This document shows, one piece after another, positions 50,837 to 64,000 of a stretch of DNA of 64,000 nt (the first letter of the stretch is position 1; every line of letters begins with the position of its first letter). Made by a program: the position numbers and the translations under genes. Source of the stretch: Mytilus trossulus (Eukaryota); assembly GCF_036588685.1 (NCBI RefSeq), contig NC_086377.1, forward strand, positions 1,860,001 to 1,924,000, in the 5' to 3' direction. Below the pieces are notes generated by a model. That model was not told the DNA's origin. It saw only the letters and a program-made list of their open reading frames with translations, and did no database searches.

Positions 50837-52697
50837 TAATTAAAAAAAAACATATTTTGCAGTCCCATGCAACCTTTCGTCTCACTAAATAAATCAAAAT
50901 TTATCATTGGCCATTTTACTATTACATATTTGACCATCTAATTTTGCTGAGATTTTGTTTATGTTTAATCTTTACAGAAATTTATAACTTTTTATATCTC
51001 TTCTATTGCATGTGTACAATCATTAGTGCTTATTTTGGATTGTACCAAAAAATGTATCAGCTCATAGTTTTTTTGGTTACTGTCTCATCGTGTGTTGGGT
51101 ATTATTGAGGGCATGTATGGTGTTTACAGAATGGAGAATATATAAATAAAAAATAATGCTGGGGGAAGGCAAAAGTAAAGAACTTGAAAATAAAGGGTAA
51201 AAATAAAATACTGACCCAAGAAATAAAATATGCTTAGTAAAAAAGGTATAAAGAAATAACATAAAAATATAAAAGTACTGTTAGACTAATTTTCACCAGA
51301 TATTTTTCTAACAGAATAAGCATTATTTTTAAATTGAAAAAATGCCTTAAAATCTTTATAAAGAAATTAAGGACCCCTCTGGTATTACATAACAAATAGT
51401 TATACATTATTGTAAGTCATCTCAACGAGATTGATTTTCTTGCTTGAGTCAGGTTTTGATCCTTTAAGATAAGGATCATCAGTATATATTCATTCAGATA
51501 CAAAAATTCTTTTACTTTGCCAAAAATGTAGATTTTACTGTCCTTTTTTCAAGAAAAATACAGCATGGGTCAACATGCTATTTTTTAAGTCACAAGTCGT
51601 GCAAGAGTGATTATATTCTGCATATACCATGTATGAAGAAAAATTGTTTTGTGAATAAAAGAAATCTATGAGATAGAAACTTGAAATAAAATACAATTTT
51701 TACTATAAGGGTTAACTCCCCTTAAATGGCTAGGTTAAACAATTGATTTTTTACAGAAAAAAATATTTTATATTTGTTAAAACAGTTAAAATACTGCAAA
51801 TAATTAATTATTTTTCCTTATTTGAATTATCAATCTTTCACATAGATTGCTGATCTGTCTCAAAATTTGCAATTTTTGGCAAGGAAATAGACAGATTGTG
51901 TACAACCAATTTACAATCCAAGTTGGAGGTTTACATTTAAGTGCCAGTCTTTGTAAGAATCAGGCAATTTAGGTAAAAATTAAAACATGATTAGAAAAAA
52001 CCCACCATGCTAATCATGCTATTTAATACTAACCTTCATCCTGAGTTAAAAAGTGTAAGTCTTTCGTTTGTTTGTTCCTGATAATATCAAATAACTTGGT
52101 TAGAAAATTTGTTAGAATGATAGCAAATTACAGAGTTATCTCCCCTTATTCATTAATTTCTAGTGCATTTCAACCAAATTGTTTCTTCTATTACCAGAAC
52201 AGAAAATGGAAATGAATGTTATTTTTGTGTATAAACTGAAATCAATGTCAAATTGGGTGGGTTTTTTTTTGTCATGTTTTCACCACTGCCTGATTCTTAG
52301 GCAGACTGGCATTTAATCTACCTTAAATAATAGCTGCTTTCTATATATGTTTACAGTGTGGGATAGATATAACTGTATGTAAGGAAATATATCTGTGCTG
52401 CATGAAAATAATTCTGTCAGTTTTATTTATGTGTAAGTATTCAGTACTATGTGATATTTCTGTTGTAAAAACATATTGATATGCAATATTTATTTGAAAA
52501 TAAAGTTTAGTAATACATTCATGTTATTCTTATTGTTATTGTATATTTTTAGTAGACGCTCATTTAGAATTGATGATAGGCTTTACATGTTATTTAACAA
52601 TCAGTTGTATACAGTTCAACGGTATTGCTGCCATCCACTTCATACCAATACGGAATATTTGACCTGACCATTCTTTGCTCTTTATTACTGCATGCAT

Positions 52698-52986
52698 AAC
52701 AAGAATGTGTTCAAAGTTTGCGGATGCCCCACTGGCACTATCATTTTCCATGTTCCATGGACCGTGAAATTGGGTCAAAAGTCTAATTTGGCTTTAAAAT
52801 TAGAAAGATCATTCATAAGCAGCAAGTGTTTTAAGTTTCAAGTTGATAGGACTTCAGCTTCATCAAAAACTACCTGACCAAAAACTTTAACCTGTGGATG
52901 AACAAACGAACGGACAGACGGAGGAACGAACGGAGCAACAGACCAGAAAACATAATGCCCCTTTACTATTGTAGGTGGGGCATAAA
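52698..52986 (-). mobile_element. HINE-like element
   Basis: Reverse-complement similarity to 43838-44130. Confidence 0.65.
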
Positions 52987-53107
52987 ATCAGTGTATTTCA
53001 ATGTCCTCTAATTTGATGATATAGAAATTATTACTTGCATTTATTATTGCAATTTTGCCATTTTAGACTCAAATCTGACATAAATTTGGGCGATATTGAG
53101 AAACATA

Positions 53108-55118
53108 TTTTTAGCTCAACTGGCCTTAAAGTCCAAATGAGCTTTTCTCATAACTTGTCGTCCGTCGTCGTTAACTTTTACAAAAATCTTCTCCTCTAAA
53201 ACTACTGGGCCAAATTAAACCAAACTTGGCCACAATCATCATTGATGTATCTAGTTTAACATTTGTTTTTTTTTACCCGGCCAATCAACCAAGATGGCCG
53301 CCATGGCTAAAAATAGAACATAGGGGTAAAATGCAGTTTTTGGTTTATAACTCAAAAACCAAAGCATTTAGAGCAAATCTGACATGAGATTAAATGGTTT
53401 AACAGGTGAAGATATATCTGCCCTGAAATTTTCAGATGAATCTGACAACCAATTGTTGGGTTGCTGCCCCCGAATTGGTAATATAAAGGAAATTTCGCTG
53501 TTTTAGGTTATTATCTTGAATATGATTATAGATGGAGATAAACTTTGAACAGCAATAATGTTCAGCAAAGTAAGATTTACAAATAAGTCAACATGACCAA
53601 AATAGTCAGTTGAACCCTTTAGGGAGTTATTGCCCTTTATAGTCAATTTTTGTCTTGCCTTGATAGAGTCAAAAAGCGAGACATAGGTGCTGTTTCCGGC
53701 GTCGGCGACGGCGTCAACAATGTATTAGTTTGTGATTAGCTCAGTTTTATGGGGAACCACTAGTGGTATGTCAATGATAATTGGTATGCAGATGTATTAC
53801 CATTGCCACATCTCATTGCCATGGAGATTATTTGGCTCCGCCCCCTCAGTCATGGTCTATTGACTTTGAATGGTTTGCTTACTTTACATGTATTAGTTTG
53901 TGATTATGTCAGTTTATGGAGATCCACTTGTGGTACGTCAATGATAATTGGTATGCAGATGTATTACTATTGCCACATCTCATTGCGATGGAGAATTTTT
54001 GGCTCCGAACCCTCAGTCGTGGTCTATTGACTTTGAATGGTTTGCTTACTTTACATGTATTACTTTGTGATCCTTATAATAACTCAATGGCATGTGGTAT
54101 GAAGTTGTATTAGCATTGACACATCTGATTTACATGGAGATTGTTTAACCATGTAACTCAGTCATGGTTCATTGACTTTGAATATTTGCATAACTTGTGT
54201 AAGCTGTTAAGGTATTGCTATTTTGATTTCAACATTTTCATAATCAAAATTACAAAAAGGCGAGACATATCTCTGTGATAACAGTTTATTAACCATTTTT
54301 CGTAAATCTCCATGATCTTTTACAAAAAATGTTCTCCTCTGAAACTACAGAGCCAAATTAATCCAAATTTGGCCACAATCATCGTTGATGTATATAGTTT
54401 AAAAATTGTGTTTAGTGACTGGGCAAATCAACTATGATGGCCGCTACGGCTAAAAATAGAACATATGGGTTAAAATGCAGTTTTTTACTTATAACTCAAA
54501 AACCAAAGCATTTAAAGCAAATCTGACAAGGGGTTAAATTGTTTATCTGGTCAAGATCTATCTGCCCTGAAATATTTAGATGAATCAGACAACTCGTTGT
54601 TAGGTTGCTGACCCTAAATTGATAATTTAAAGGAAATTTTGCTGTTTTGGGTTATTATCTTGAATAATATTATAGATATAGATAAACCGTAAACAGCAAT
54701 AATGTACAGCACTTTAAGACTAAAAAATAAGTCAAAATGACCAAAATGGTCAGTTGACCCCTTTAGGAGTTATTGCCCTTTATAGTCAATTTTTAACCAT
54801 TTTTCGTAAATCTCCATGATATTTTACAAAAATCTTCTCCTCTGAAACTACCGGGCTAAGAAGTTATTGTCCTTTATAATCAATATTTATCAATTTTCAT
54901 AAAATTTTCTAAATTTTTATGACATTTTCCACTGAAACTGCACCGACAAGTTCATTATAGATAGAGATAATTGTAAGCAGCAAGAATGATCAGTAAAGTA
55001 GGATTTACAAACACATCACAATCACCTAAACACAATTTTGTCATGAACTGTCTGCTTCCTTTGTTTAATTCACATATACCAAGATGAGCAACACAGGCTC
55101 TTTAGAGCCTCTAGTTTT
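53108..55118 (+). mobile_element. HINE-like element with internal duplication and a nested second element (~53650-54287); 5' fragment also at 25260-25560
   Basis: TTTTAGCTCA start; GATGAGC plus hairpin AGGCTCTTTAGAGCCT plus CTAGTTTT end. Confidence 0.7.
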
Positions 55119-56612
55119 AATTCATATAACAAATTTCAAAATATGAGTTCAAATTATATATTGCAATTACAACCCTGTGACATTTATCGCAATTATAAAA
55201 ACATTGCAATAATTTCTGAATTTACAGAAGAACTTCACTCTCAACAGAAACCAATACACCAAATATAGTCAATTCTGACAATATAAGAAATTAAACAGAA
55301 TACAACTAAAAACAAAAACTTAACATTGACCAATAAACTATGAATATAGGGTCAAGTTAGGATGACACCTGCGAGACTGACATGTACACCTAACAATCAT
55401 TCATTACACCAAATATAGTTTACCTACGGCTAACTGTATCTGAGAAATGAAACTAATTTGAACATTGACTACTGATCCATGAAATGAAGTTAAAGTTGGC
55501 TGAACCTTGTCTTACAGACATATAGACTGCAAGAAACCCACATTCCAAACATATTTTTTTTTAGTATTTTGAGTGACAATAAACTGAACCAGATTCCCCA
55601 CAGGGGGCAGCTTTATACGACTTCAGAGGTCGAACCCTGAATGTTTGGGGCTAGTATGAACACAACATTCAAACTGGATACAGCTCTGAATATGGATTGT
55701 GATTAAAAATAGTTAGTGTAAATATATTTTATCAATTATATTCAGGTACATACATAGGCATTTACATAATAATGCAATTGATATAAGTATTAGGATCCAG
55801 CAACAAGCTCTTAGCTTATATTAATCCGTTTCCTTATAAGAACATTTCATATTTTAATACTCAAGGAGTACAATGTTAAAAAAAATAACAATGTTACACT
55901 AGATGGAAAGAAGAATTGTTGACACATCATAGGTTTCTGACACAGAATTAATGTGGTCTAATGAACTTAATTTTTTTTTTTGCTTTTGAGCAATTCAGTA
56001 TGCTGTTGAATATTAATCCTTTGATATTTGAAGAAATTTTCTTTTTCATTTCTGAAATCTGAAATTAGAATAATTGAACCCCACCAACTTTTTGTTTACC
56101 TCCCCTTTTCCCTTATTCAAAAAATGATCTCAATTGAAATTTCTGATGGAGTTTTCAACAATAACTACTTATTTAGATACATCAAAAAATATAAAATGTC
56201 ATACAGTCATGATTTAAGTTAATTTAACTACTATTCTGGACAAAAAAAGATAACTCCAATGCAACATTTTATATTGTCAAATTTCCAATGAAGTTCATTA
56301 ACCTAAATTTTTTTGCAAATTTCCAATGGAATTTATCAATAATAAAGTTTTTGGCAAATTTCCAATATACATAATTTAAGAGCAGTTTGGATGAGATATT
56401 AAATTGAGTTTCAATTACCAACCTTACACTGCTGTTAAATTATGTTTTGTACTTAAGTTACTGTCCATTAACCTGGAGACCATTTCCCCCCTTTTTTGCA
56501 TCTTATTCCTTAACGGTTAGAACTATAACCCCCAAAGACAATTCTTACCATCCCTTTGTGGAATTCCAACATCCAAGTTTAAATACATTGTTAAATTCAT
56601 CATATCAAAGAA

Positions 56613-59600
56613 CCCTTACCCAAGTCTATCCACCTTAATTATCTCCCCTTACCCAAGTTTATCCACCTAAATTATCTCCCTTTACCAAAGTCTATCCACC
56701 TTAATTATCTCCCCTTACCCAAGTTTATCCACCTTAATTATCTCCCTTTACCAAAGTCTATCCAGCTTAATTATCCCACCTTACCCAAGTTTATTCAGCT
56801 TAACCATCTCACCTTACCCAAGTCTATCCACCTTTAGTATCTTCCCTTACCCAAGTTTATCCAGCTTAACCATCTCCCCTTACCCAAATGTATCCAGCTT
56901 AACCATCTCTCCTTACCCAAGTTTATCCATCTTAACCATTTCACCTTACCAAAGTCTATCCACCTTAATTATCTCCCCTTACCAAAGTCTATCCACCTTA
57001 ATTATCTCCCCTTACCCAAGTTTATCCAGCTTAACCATCTCACCTTACCAAAGTCTATCCACCTTAATTATCTCCCCTTACCAAAGTCTATCCACCTTAA
57101 TTATCTCCCCTTACCAAAGTTTATCCACCTTAACCATCTCCCCTTACCAAAGTCTATCCACCCTTATTATCTCCCCTTACCCAAGTCTATCCATCTTAAC
57201 CATTTCACCTTACCAAAGTCTATCCACCTTAATTATCTCCCCTTACCCAAGTTTATTCAGCTTAACCATCTCACAATACCAAAGTCTATCCACCTTTAGT
57301 ATCTTCCCTTACCCAAGTTTATCCAGCTTAACAATCTCCCCTTACCCAAATGTATCCAGCTTAACCATCTCTCCTTACCCAAGTTTATCCATCTTAACCA
57401 TTTCACCTTACCAAAGTCTATTCACCTTAATTATCTCCCCTTACCAAAGTCTATCCACCTTAATTATCTCCCCTTACCCAAGTTTATCCAGCTTAACCAT
57501 CTCCCCTTACCAAAGTTTATCCACCTTAACCATCTCCCCTTACCAAAGTCTATCCACCTTAATTATCTAAACTTACCAGTTTATCCAGCTTAACCATATC
57601 CCCTTACAAAAGTTTATACACCTTAACCATGTCCCCTTACAAAAGTTTATCCACCTTAACCATCTCAACTTACCAAAGTCTATCCACCTTAATTATCTCC
57701 CCTTACCCAAGTTTATCCAGCTTAACCATCTCCCCTTATCAAAGTTTATCCAGCTTAACCATCTCCCCTTACCAAAGTTTATCCACCTTAACCATCTCCC
57801 CTTACCAAAGTTTATCCACCTGAACCATCTCACCTTACCCAAGTTTATCCAGCTTAATTATATCCTTTTACCCAAGTTTATCCACCTTGATTATCTCCTC
57901 TTACCCAAGTGTATCCAGCTTAACCATCTTCCCTTACCCAAGTTTATCCGGCTTAACCATCTCACCTTACCAAAGTTTATCCAGTTTAACCATCTCCCCT
58001 TACCCATGTTTATCCAGCTTAACCATGTCACCTCACCAAAGTCTATCCACCTTAATTATCTCCCCTTACCCAAGTTTATCCACCTTAACCATCTCCCCTT
58101 ACCCAAGTTAATCCAGCTTAACCATATCCCTTTACCCAAGTTTATCCAGCTTAACCATCTCCCCTTACCAAGTTTATCCAGCTTAACCATCTCCCCTTAC
58201 CCAAGTTTATCCAGCTTAACCATCTCCCCTTACCCAAGTCTATCTACCTTAATTATCTCCTCTTACCCAAGTTTATCCACCTTAATTATCTCCTCTTACC
58301 CAAGTTTATCCACCTTAATTATCTCCCCTTATCCAAGTTTATCCACCTTAATTATCTCCTCTTACCCAAGTCTATCCACCTTAATTATCTCCCCTTACCA
58401 AAGTTTATCCACCTTTACCATATCACCTTACCCAAGTCTAACCACCTTAATTATCTCCCCTTATCCAAGTTAATCCAGCTTAACCATCTCCCCTCACCCA
58501 AGTTTATCCAGCTTAACCATATCCCCTTACCCAAGTTTATTCAGCTTAACCATTTCCCCTTTCCCAAGTTTATCGAGCTTAACCATCTCACCTTACCCAA
58601 GTATATCCACCTTGATTATCTCCCCTTACCCAAGTTTATCCAGCTTAACCATCTCCCCTTACCCAAGTTTATCCAGCTTAACCATCTCACCTTACCCAAG
58701 TCTATCCACCTTAATTATCTCCCCTTATCCAATTTTATCCAGCTTAACCATCTCCCCTTACCCAAGTTTATCCAGCTCAACCATCTCCCCTTACCCAAGT
58801 TTATCCAGCTTAACCATCTCACCTTACCAAAGTCTATCCACCTTAATTATCTCCCCTTACCCAAGTTTATCCACCTTAACCATCTCCCCTTACCAAAGTC
58901 TATCCACCTTAATTATCTCCCCTTACCAAAGTCTATCCACCTTAATTATCTCCCCTTACCAAAGTTTATCCACCTTAACCATCTCCCCTTACCAAAGTCT
59001 ATCCACCCTTATTATCTCCCCTTACCCAAGTCTATCCATCTTAACCATTTCACCTTACCAAAGTCTATCCACCTTAATTATCTCCCCTTACCCAAGTTTA
59101 TTCAGCTTAACCATCTCACAATACCAAAGTCTATCCACCTTTAGTATCTTCCCTTACCCAAGTTTATCCAGCTTAACCATCTCCCCTTACCCAAATGTAT
59201 CCAGCTTAACCATCTCTCCTTACCCAAGTTTATCCATCTTAACCATTTCACCTTACCAAAGTCTATTCACCTTAATTATCTCCCCTTACCAAAGTCTATC
59301 CACCTTAATTATCTCCCCTTACCAAAGTTTATCCAGTTTAACCATCTCCCCTTACCAAAGTTTATCCACCTTAACCATCTCCCCTTACCAAAGTTTATCC
59401 AGCTTAACCATCTCAACTTACCAAAGTCTATCCACCTTAATTATCTAAACTTACCAGTTTATCCAGCTTAACCATATCCCCTTACAAAAGTTTATCCACC
59501 TTAACCATCTCCCCTTACAAAAGTTTATCCACCTTAACCATCTCAACTTACCAAAGTCTATCCACCTTAATTATCTCCCCTTACCCAAGTTTATCCAGCT

Positions 59601-61800
59601 TAACCATCTCCCCTTATCAAAGTTTATCCAGCTTAATTATCTCACCTTACCCAAGTTTATCCAGCTTAACCATCTCCCCTTACCAAAGTTTATCCACCTT
59701 AACCATCTCACCTTACCCAAGTTTATCCAGCTTAAGTATCTCCTTTTACCCAAGTTTATCCACCTTGATTATCTCCTCTTACCCAAGTGTATCCAGCTTA
59801 ACCATCTTCCCTTACCCAAGTTTATCCGGCTTAACCATCTCACCTTACCAAAGTTTATTCAGTTTAACCATCTCCCCTTACCCATGTTTATCCAGCTTAA
59901 CCATGTCACCTCACCAAAGTCTATCCACCTTAATTATCTCCCCTTACCCAAGTTTATCCACCTTAACCATCTCCCCTTTCCCAAGTTAATCCAGCTTAAC
60001 CATATCCCTTTACCCAAGTTTATCCAGCTTAACCATCTCCCCTTACCAAGTTTATCCAGCTTAACCATCTCCCCTTACCCAAGTTTATCCAGCTTAACCA
60101 TCTCCCCTTACCCAAGTCTATCTACCTTAATTATCTCCTCTTACCCAAGTTTATCCACCTTAATTATCTCCTCTTACCCAAGTTTATCCACCTTAATTAT
60201 CTCCCCTTACCCAAGTTTATCCACCTTAATTATCTCCTTTTACCCAAGTCTATCCACCTTAATTATCTCCCCTTACCAAAGTTTATCCACCTTAACCATC
60301 TCACCTTACCCAAGTCTAACCACCTTAATTATCTCCCCTTATCCAAGTTAATCCAGCTTAACCATCTCCCCTTACCCAAGTTTATCCAGCTTAACCATAT
60401 CCCCTTACCCAAGTTTATTCAGCTTAACCATTTCCCCTTTCCCAAGTTTATCGAGCTTAACCATCTCACCTTACCCAAGTCTATCAACCTTAATTATCTC
60501 CCTTACCAAAGTTTATCCAGCTTAACCATCTCCCCTTACCCAAGTTTATCCAGCTTAACCATCTCACCTTACCCAAGTCTATCCACCTTAATTATCTCCC
60601 CTTACCCAAGTTTATCCAGCTTAACCATCTACCCTTACCCAAGTTTATCCAGATCAACCATCTCCCCTTACCCAAGTTTATCCAGCTTAACCATCTCACC
60701 TAACCAAAGTCTATCCACCTTAATTATCTCCCCTTACCCAAGTTTATCCACCTTAACCATCTCCCCTTACCAAAGTCTATCCACCTTAATTATCTCCCCT
60801 TACCAAAGTTTATCCAGCTTAACCATCTCCCCTTACCCAAGTTTATCCAGGTTAACCATCTCACCTTACCCAAGTCTATCCACCTTAATTATCTCCCCTT
60901 AACCAAGTTTATCCACCTTAACCATCTCCCCTTACCCAAGTTTATCCAGCTTAACCATCTCCCCTTACCAAAGTTTATCCAGATTAACCATATCCCCTTA
61001 CCCAAGTTTATCCAGCTTAACCACCTCCCCTTACCAAAGTCTATCCACCTTAATTATCTCCCCTTACCAAAGTGTATCCACCTTAACCATCTCCCTTTAC
61101 CAAAGTCTATCCACCCTTATTATCTCCCCTTACCCAAGTCTATCTATCTTAACCATTTCACCTTACCAAAGTATATCCACCTTAATTATCTCCCCTTACC
61201 CAAGTTTATCCACCTTAATTATCTCCTCTTACCCAAGTCTATCCACCTTAATTATCTCCCCTTACCAAAGTCTATCCACCTTAATTATCTCCCCTTACCA
61301 AAGTTTATCCAGCTTAACCATCTCCCCTTACCCAAGTTTATCCAGCTTAACCATCTCACCTTACCCATGTCTATCCACCTTAATTATCTCCCCTTACCCA
61401 AGTTTATCCACCTTAACCATCTCACCTTACCAAAGTCTATCCACCTTAATTATCTCCCCTTACCCAAGTTTATCCACATTAACCATCTCCTCTTACCCAA
61501 GTTTATCCAGCTTAACCATCTCCCCTTACCAAAGTTTATCCAGCTTAACCATATCCCCTTACCCAAGTTTATCCAGCTTAACCATCTCACCTTACCAAAG
61601 TCTATCCACCTTAATTATCTCCCCTTACCAAAGTCTATCCACCTTAATTATCTCCCCTTACCCAAGTTTATCCACCTTAACCATCTCCCCTTACCCAAGT
61701 TTATCCAGCTTAACCATCTCCCCTTACCCAAGTTTAACCAGCTTAACCATCTCCCCTTACCCAAGTTTATCCAGCTTAACCATCTCCCCTCACGCAAGTT
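56613..61800. repeat. 33-bp satellite, ~155 copies, with a higher-order duplication
   Basis: CCTTACCCAAGTTTATCCAGCTTAACCATCTCC; rare variants recur at a 1878-bp offset. Confidence 0.95.
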
Positions 61801-63214
61801 TGCTGGTGCTACGTAGAGCTAACCTTACAACGATGAAAATAAAATAACAAACATTGTAAGACGAACTCGCCCCAAATTTATATGACTCGCCCCCATTTTC
61901 TTTCAAATGAGTATTAGTAAGTAAAGTAAAACTTTTTTATATGAATTATCTTTTAGCTTTTCAAGTTAGAAGCACTGTGTTAGTAATTCCAGTCTTAAAG
62001 AAAAGTGGTTTTTGTTTTGTAGCTATGATTTGCCTGGGTTTAGTTTTCCATTTGCTTAAAAAAATTCAGTATCTGATAGTGGTTCTAATGAACTCAGTGT
62101 TCATGTTTTCGGATCATCATATATCACAATTGGGTCCTTTTATAATGGAGGTTGTTGAGGTTCTTGATTGGACTCTATTTCTATTGATCAGTTGGTAATT
62201 AATTTTCATTGACGGGTTGTCCATAATTTCTGAATATATTTTGTTGTCGACTCTCCATACTTTTCTTTTCTCTTTGATCTTTTATTCAGTTGATGTTTTG
62301 GAAATACCAGTTTGGTTGTCCGTTATCGACCCATTCTTTATGTTAGTTAAGTCGCATAAACAAGCATTCCACTGAGGCCCCTATAATTTTATCATTTTTG
62401 CTGGAACAACAGTCACCATGGTCACTGTGGCATCTGCTTATTAAAGTTTTCTGGGGAGATGGTATTTTCCCGTTTGAGATTGCCCGGATTTTTATATTTG
62501 CACAAGTGTGGCTGGATGTGTTGACTGGAACCATTTCATGTTTTTATATTGATCTAAGATTCCACATGAGGTTGATAAGATGTATGTAGTGTATTTGAGA
62601 CTGTGAGTTACCATTGTGATGGATAAGAGTATAAAATTGAGAATGGAAATGAGGAATGTGTCAAAGAGACAACAACCCGACCAAATATAAAAAAACAGCA
62701 GAAGGTCACCAACAGGTCTTCAATGTAGCGAGAAATTCCCGCAACCGGAGGCGTCCTTCAGCTGGCACCTAACCAAGTAGATACTAGTTCAGTGATAATG
62801 AACGCCATTCTAATTTCCAAATTGTACACAAGAGTAGACGGTTTTCCTATAGTAGATTTCAGTTAAAGATCTAGAAAAAAAATCTTAAATTGCGCATCAT
62901 GCTTTTTGTATGATCTAGAGGCTAATAGGCCTCTAATAGTTATCCAGGGACCAGGATTATAATTTGGTACGTCAGACGCGCGTTTCGTCGACAAAAGACT
63001 CATCAGTGACGGTCATATCAAAATATTTATAAAGCCAAACAAGTACAAAGTTGAAGAGCATTAATTGAGGATCAAAAATTCCCAAAAGTTGTGCCCAATA
63101 CGACTAATAATGTAAGATTAAAGTCTGCTGTGATGACAATTGTATATGTATCGCCAAATTTAAATATGATGTTGAAAAGAATATCAACTTGAAACTCATG
63201 CTTATGTGGCTCCT

Positions 63215-64000
63215 GCAGATTTTAAAGCTTTAATTGATTTTTTATGATTTGAATTTTCTTGAATAATAGATGAAGATGATATAAATCAGGCATTTTCAGA
63301 TTTTGAAAAGGCTGTGGTAAATGTTTTAGACCAACATGCTCACTTGAAAAAAAGAAAACAATGTAAACAACCAGCACAATTTATGAAACTGGAGCTACGA
63401 AAAGCAGTGTAAAAAAAAGACAACTGTACAATAGGTAAAACAAACACAAACCAGGCAATAACTGGAAACTCTATAGACAACAGAGAAATCTAATCAACGA
63501 AGTAAAGACAAAATCCATTAAATCATTCTTTAACGAACGCTGCGTAGGCGGACCATTAAATCATTCTTTAACGAACGCTGCGTAGGCGGACCATTAAATC
63601 ATTCTTTAACGAACGCTGCGTAGGCGGACCATTAAAATATACTCTAACGAACGCTGCGTAGGAGGACCATCAAAACATACTTTTACGAACGCTGCGTAGG
63701 CGGACCATTAAATCATTCTTTAACGAACGCTGCGTAGGCGGACCATTAAATCATTCTTTAACGAACGCTGCGTAGGCGGACCATTAAAATATATTCTAAC
63801 GAACGCTGCGTAGGAGGACCATCAAAACATACTTTTACGAACGCTGCGTAGGCGGACCATTAAAACACTTTAACGAACGCTGCGTAGACGGACCATCAAA
63901 ACATCTGATTTCTGGTCTACTGTAACAATTAAACCTTTCATTACATACAAAGGTAGCAGCTTCACAAAAAAATATCATTCTATGTGATGAAGAAAACATA
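63215..64000 (+). mobile_element. Decayed non-LTR retrotransposon ORF2 fragment (CR1/L2-like endonuclease-RT linker)
   Basis: Translates as DINQAFSDFEKAVVNVLDQHAHLKKRK...ELRKAV*...WKLYRQQRNL...KSIKSFF...DFWSTV, with stops. Confidence 0.7.
63516..63900. repeat. 38-bp tandem array inside a LINE fragment, ~10 copies
   Basis: CCATTAAATCATTCTTTAACGAACGCTGCGTAGGCGGA. Confidence 0.92.

Noticed and set aside
57629-61816. Ser/Pro-rich ORFs (SLSTLIISPYP)
   Set aside because: Satellite translations broken by frequent frameshifts and stops.

Overview
AT-rich eukaryotic genomic DNA; the repeat content resembles a bivalve such as Mytilus, which is my inference and was not checked. Nearly all ORFs in the supplied track are artefacts of tandem repeats. 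The real coding content is one spliced + strand gene, about 20 exons over 9833-46289. It encodes a MEGF10/MEGF11/Draper/CED-1-type receptor: about 15-16 EGF-like repeats, one transmembrane helix and a Tyr-motif cytoplasmic tail. Exon phases chain correctly, but this copy has three frameshifts, a deletion of half an exon and three conserved-Cys substitutions. It is therefore probably a pseudogene or null allele, although some indels could be assembly errors. No signal-peptide or EMI exon was found in the window. The most striking feature is that about 10 splice junctions have each been amplified into their own tandem array (units of 20-87 bp, 8 to ~55 copies), in which the units carry a copy of the splice site plus flanking exon and intron sequence. 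The exon-contiguous copy is always first in donor arrays and last in acceptor arrays. Two arrays preserve the reading frame. One is a 42-bp donor ladder just after the TM helix that could add 1-18 copies of GEYLNSVHFSSSQS. The other is a 69/72-bp acceptor ladder. The rest of the window is satellites, MITEs, Helentron-like elements, a solo LTR, SINE-like repeats and a LINE fragment.
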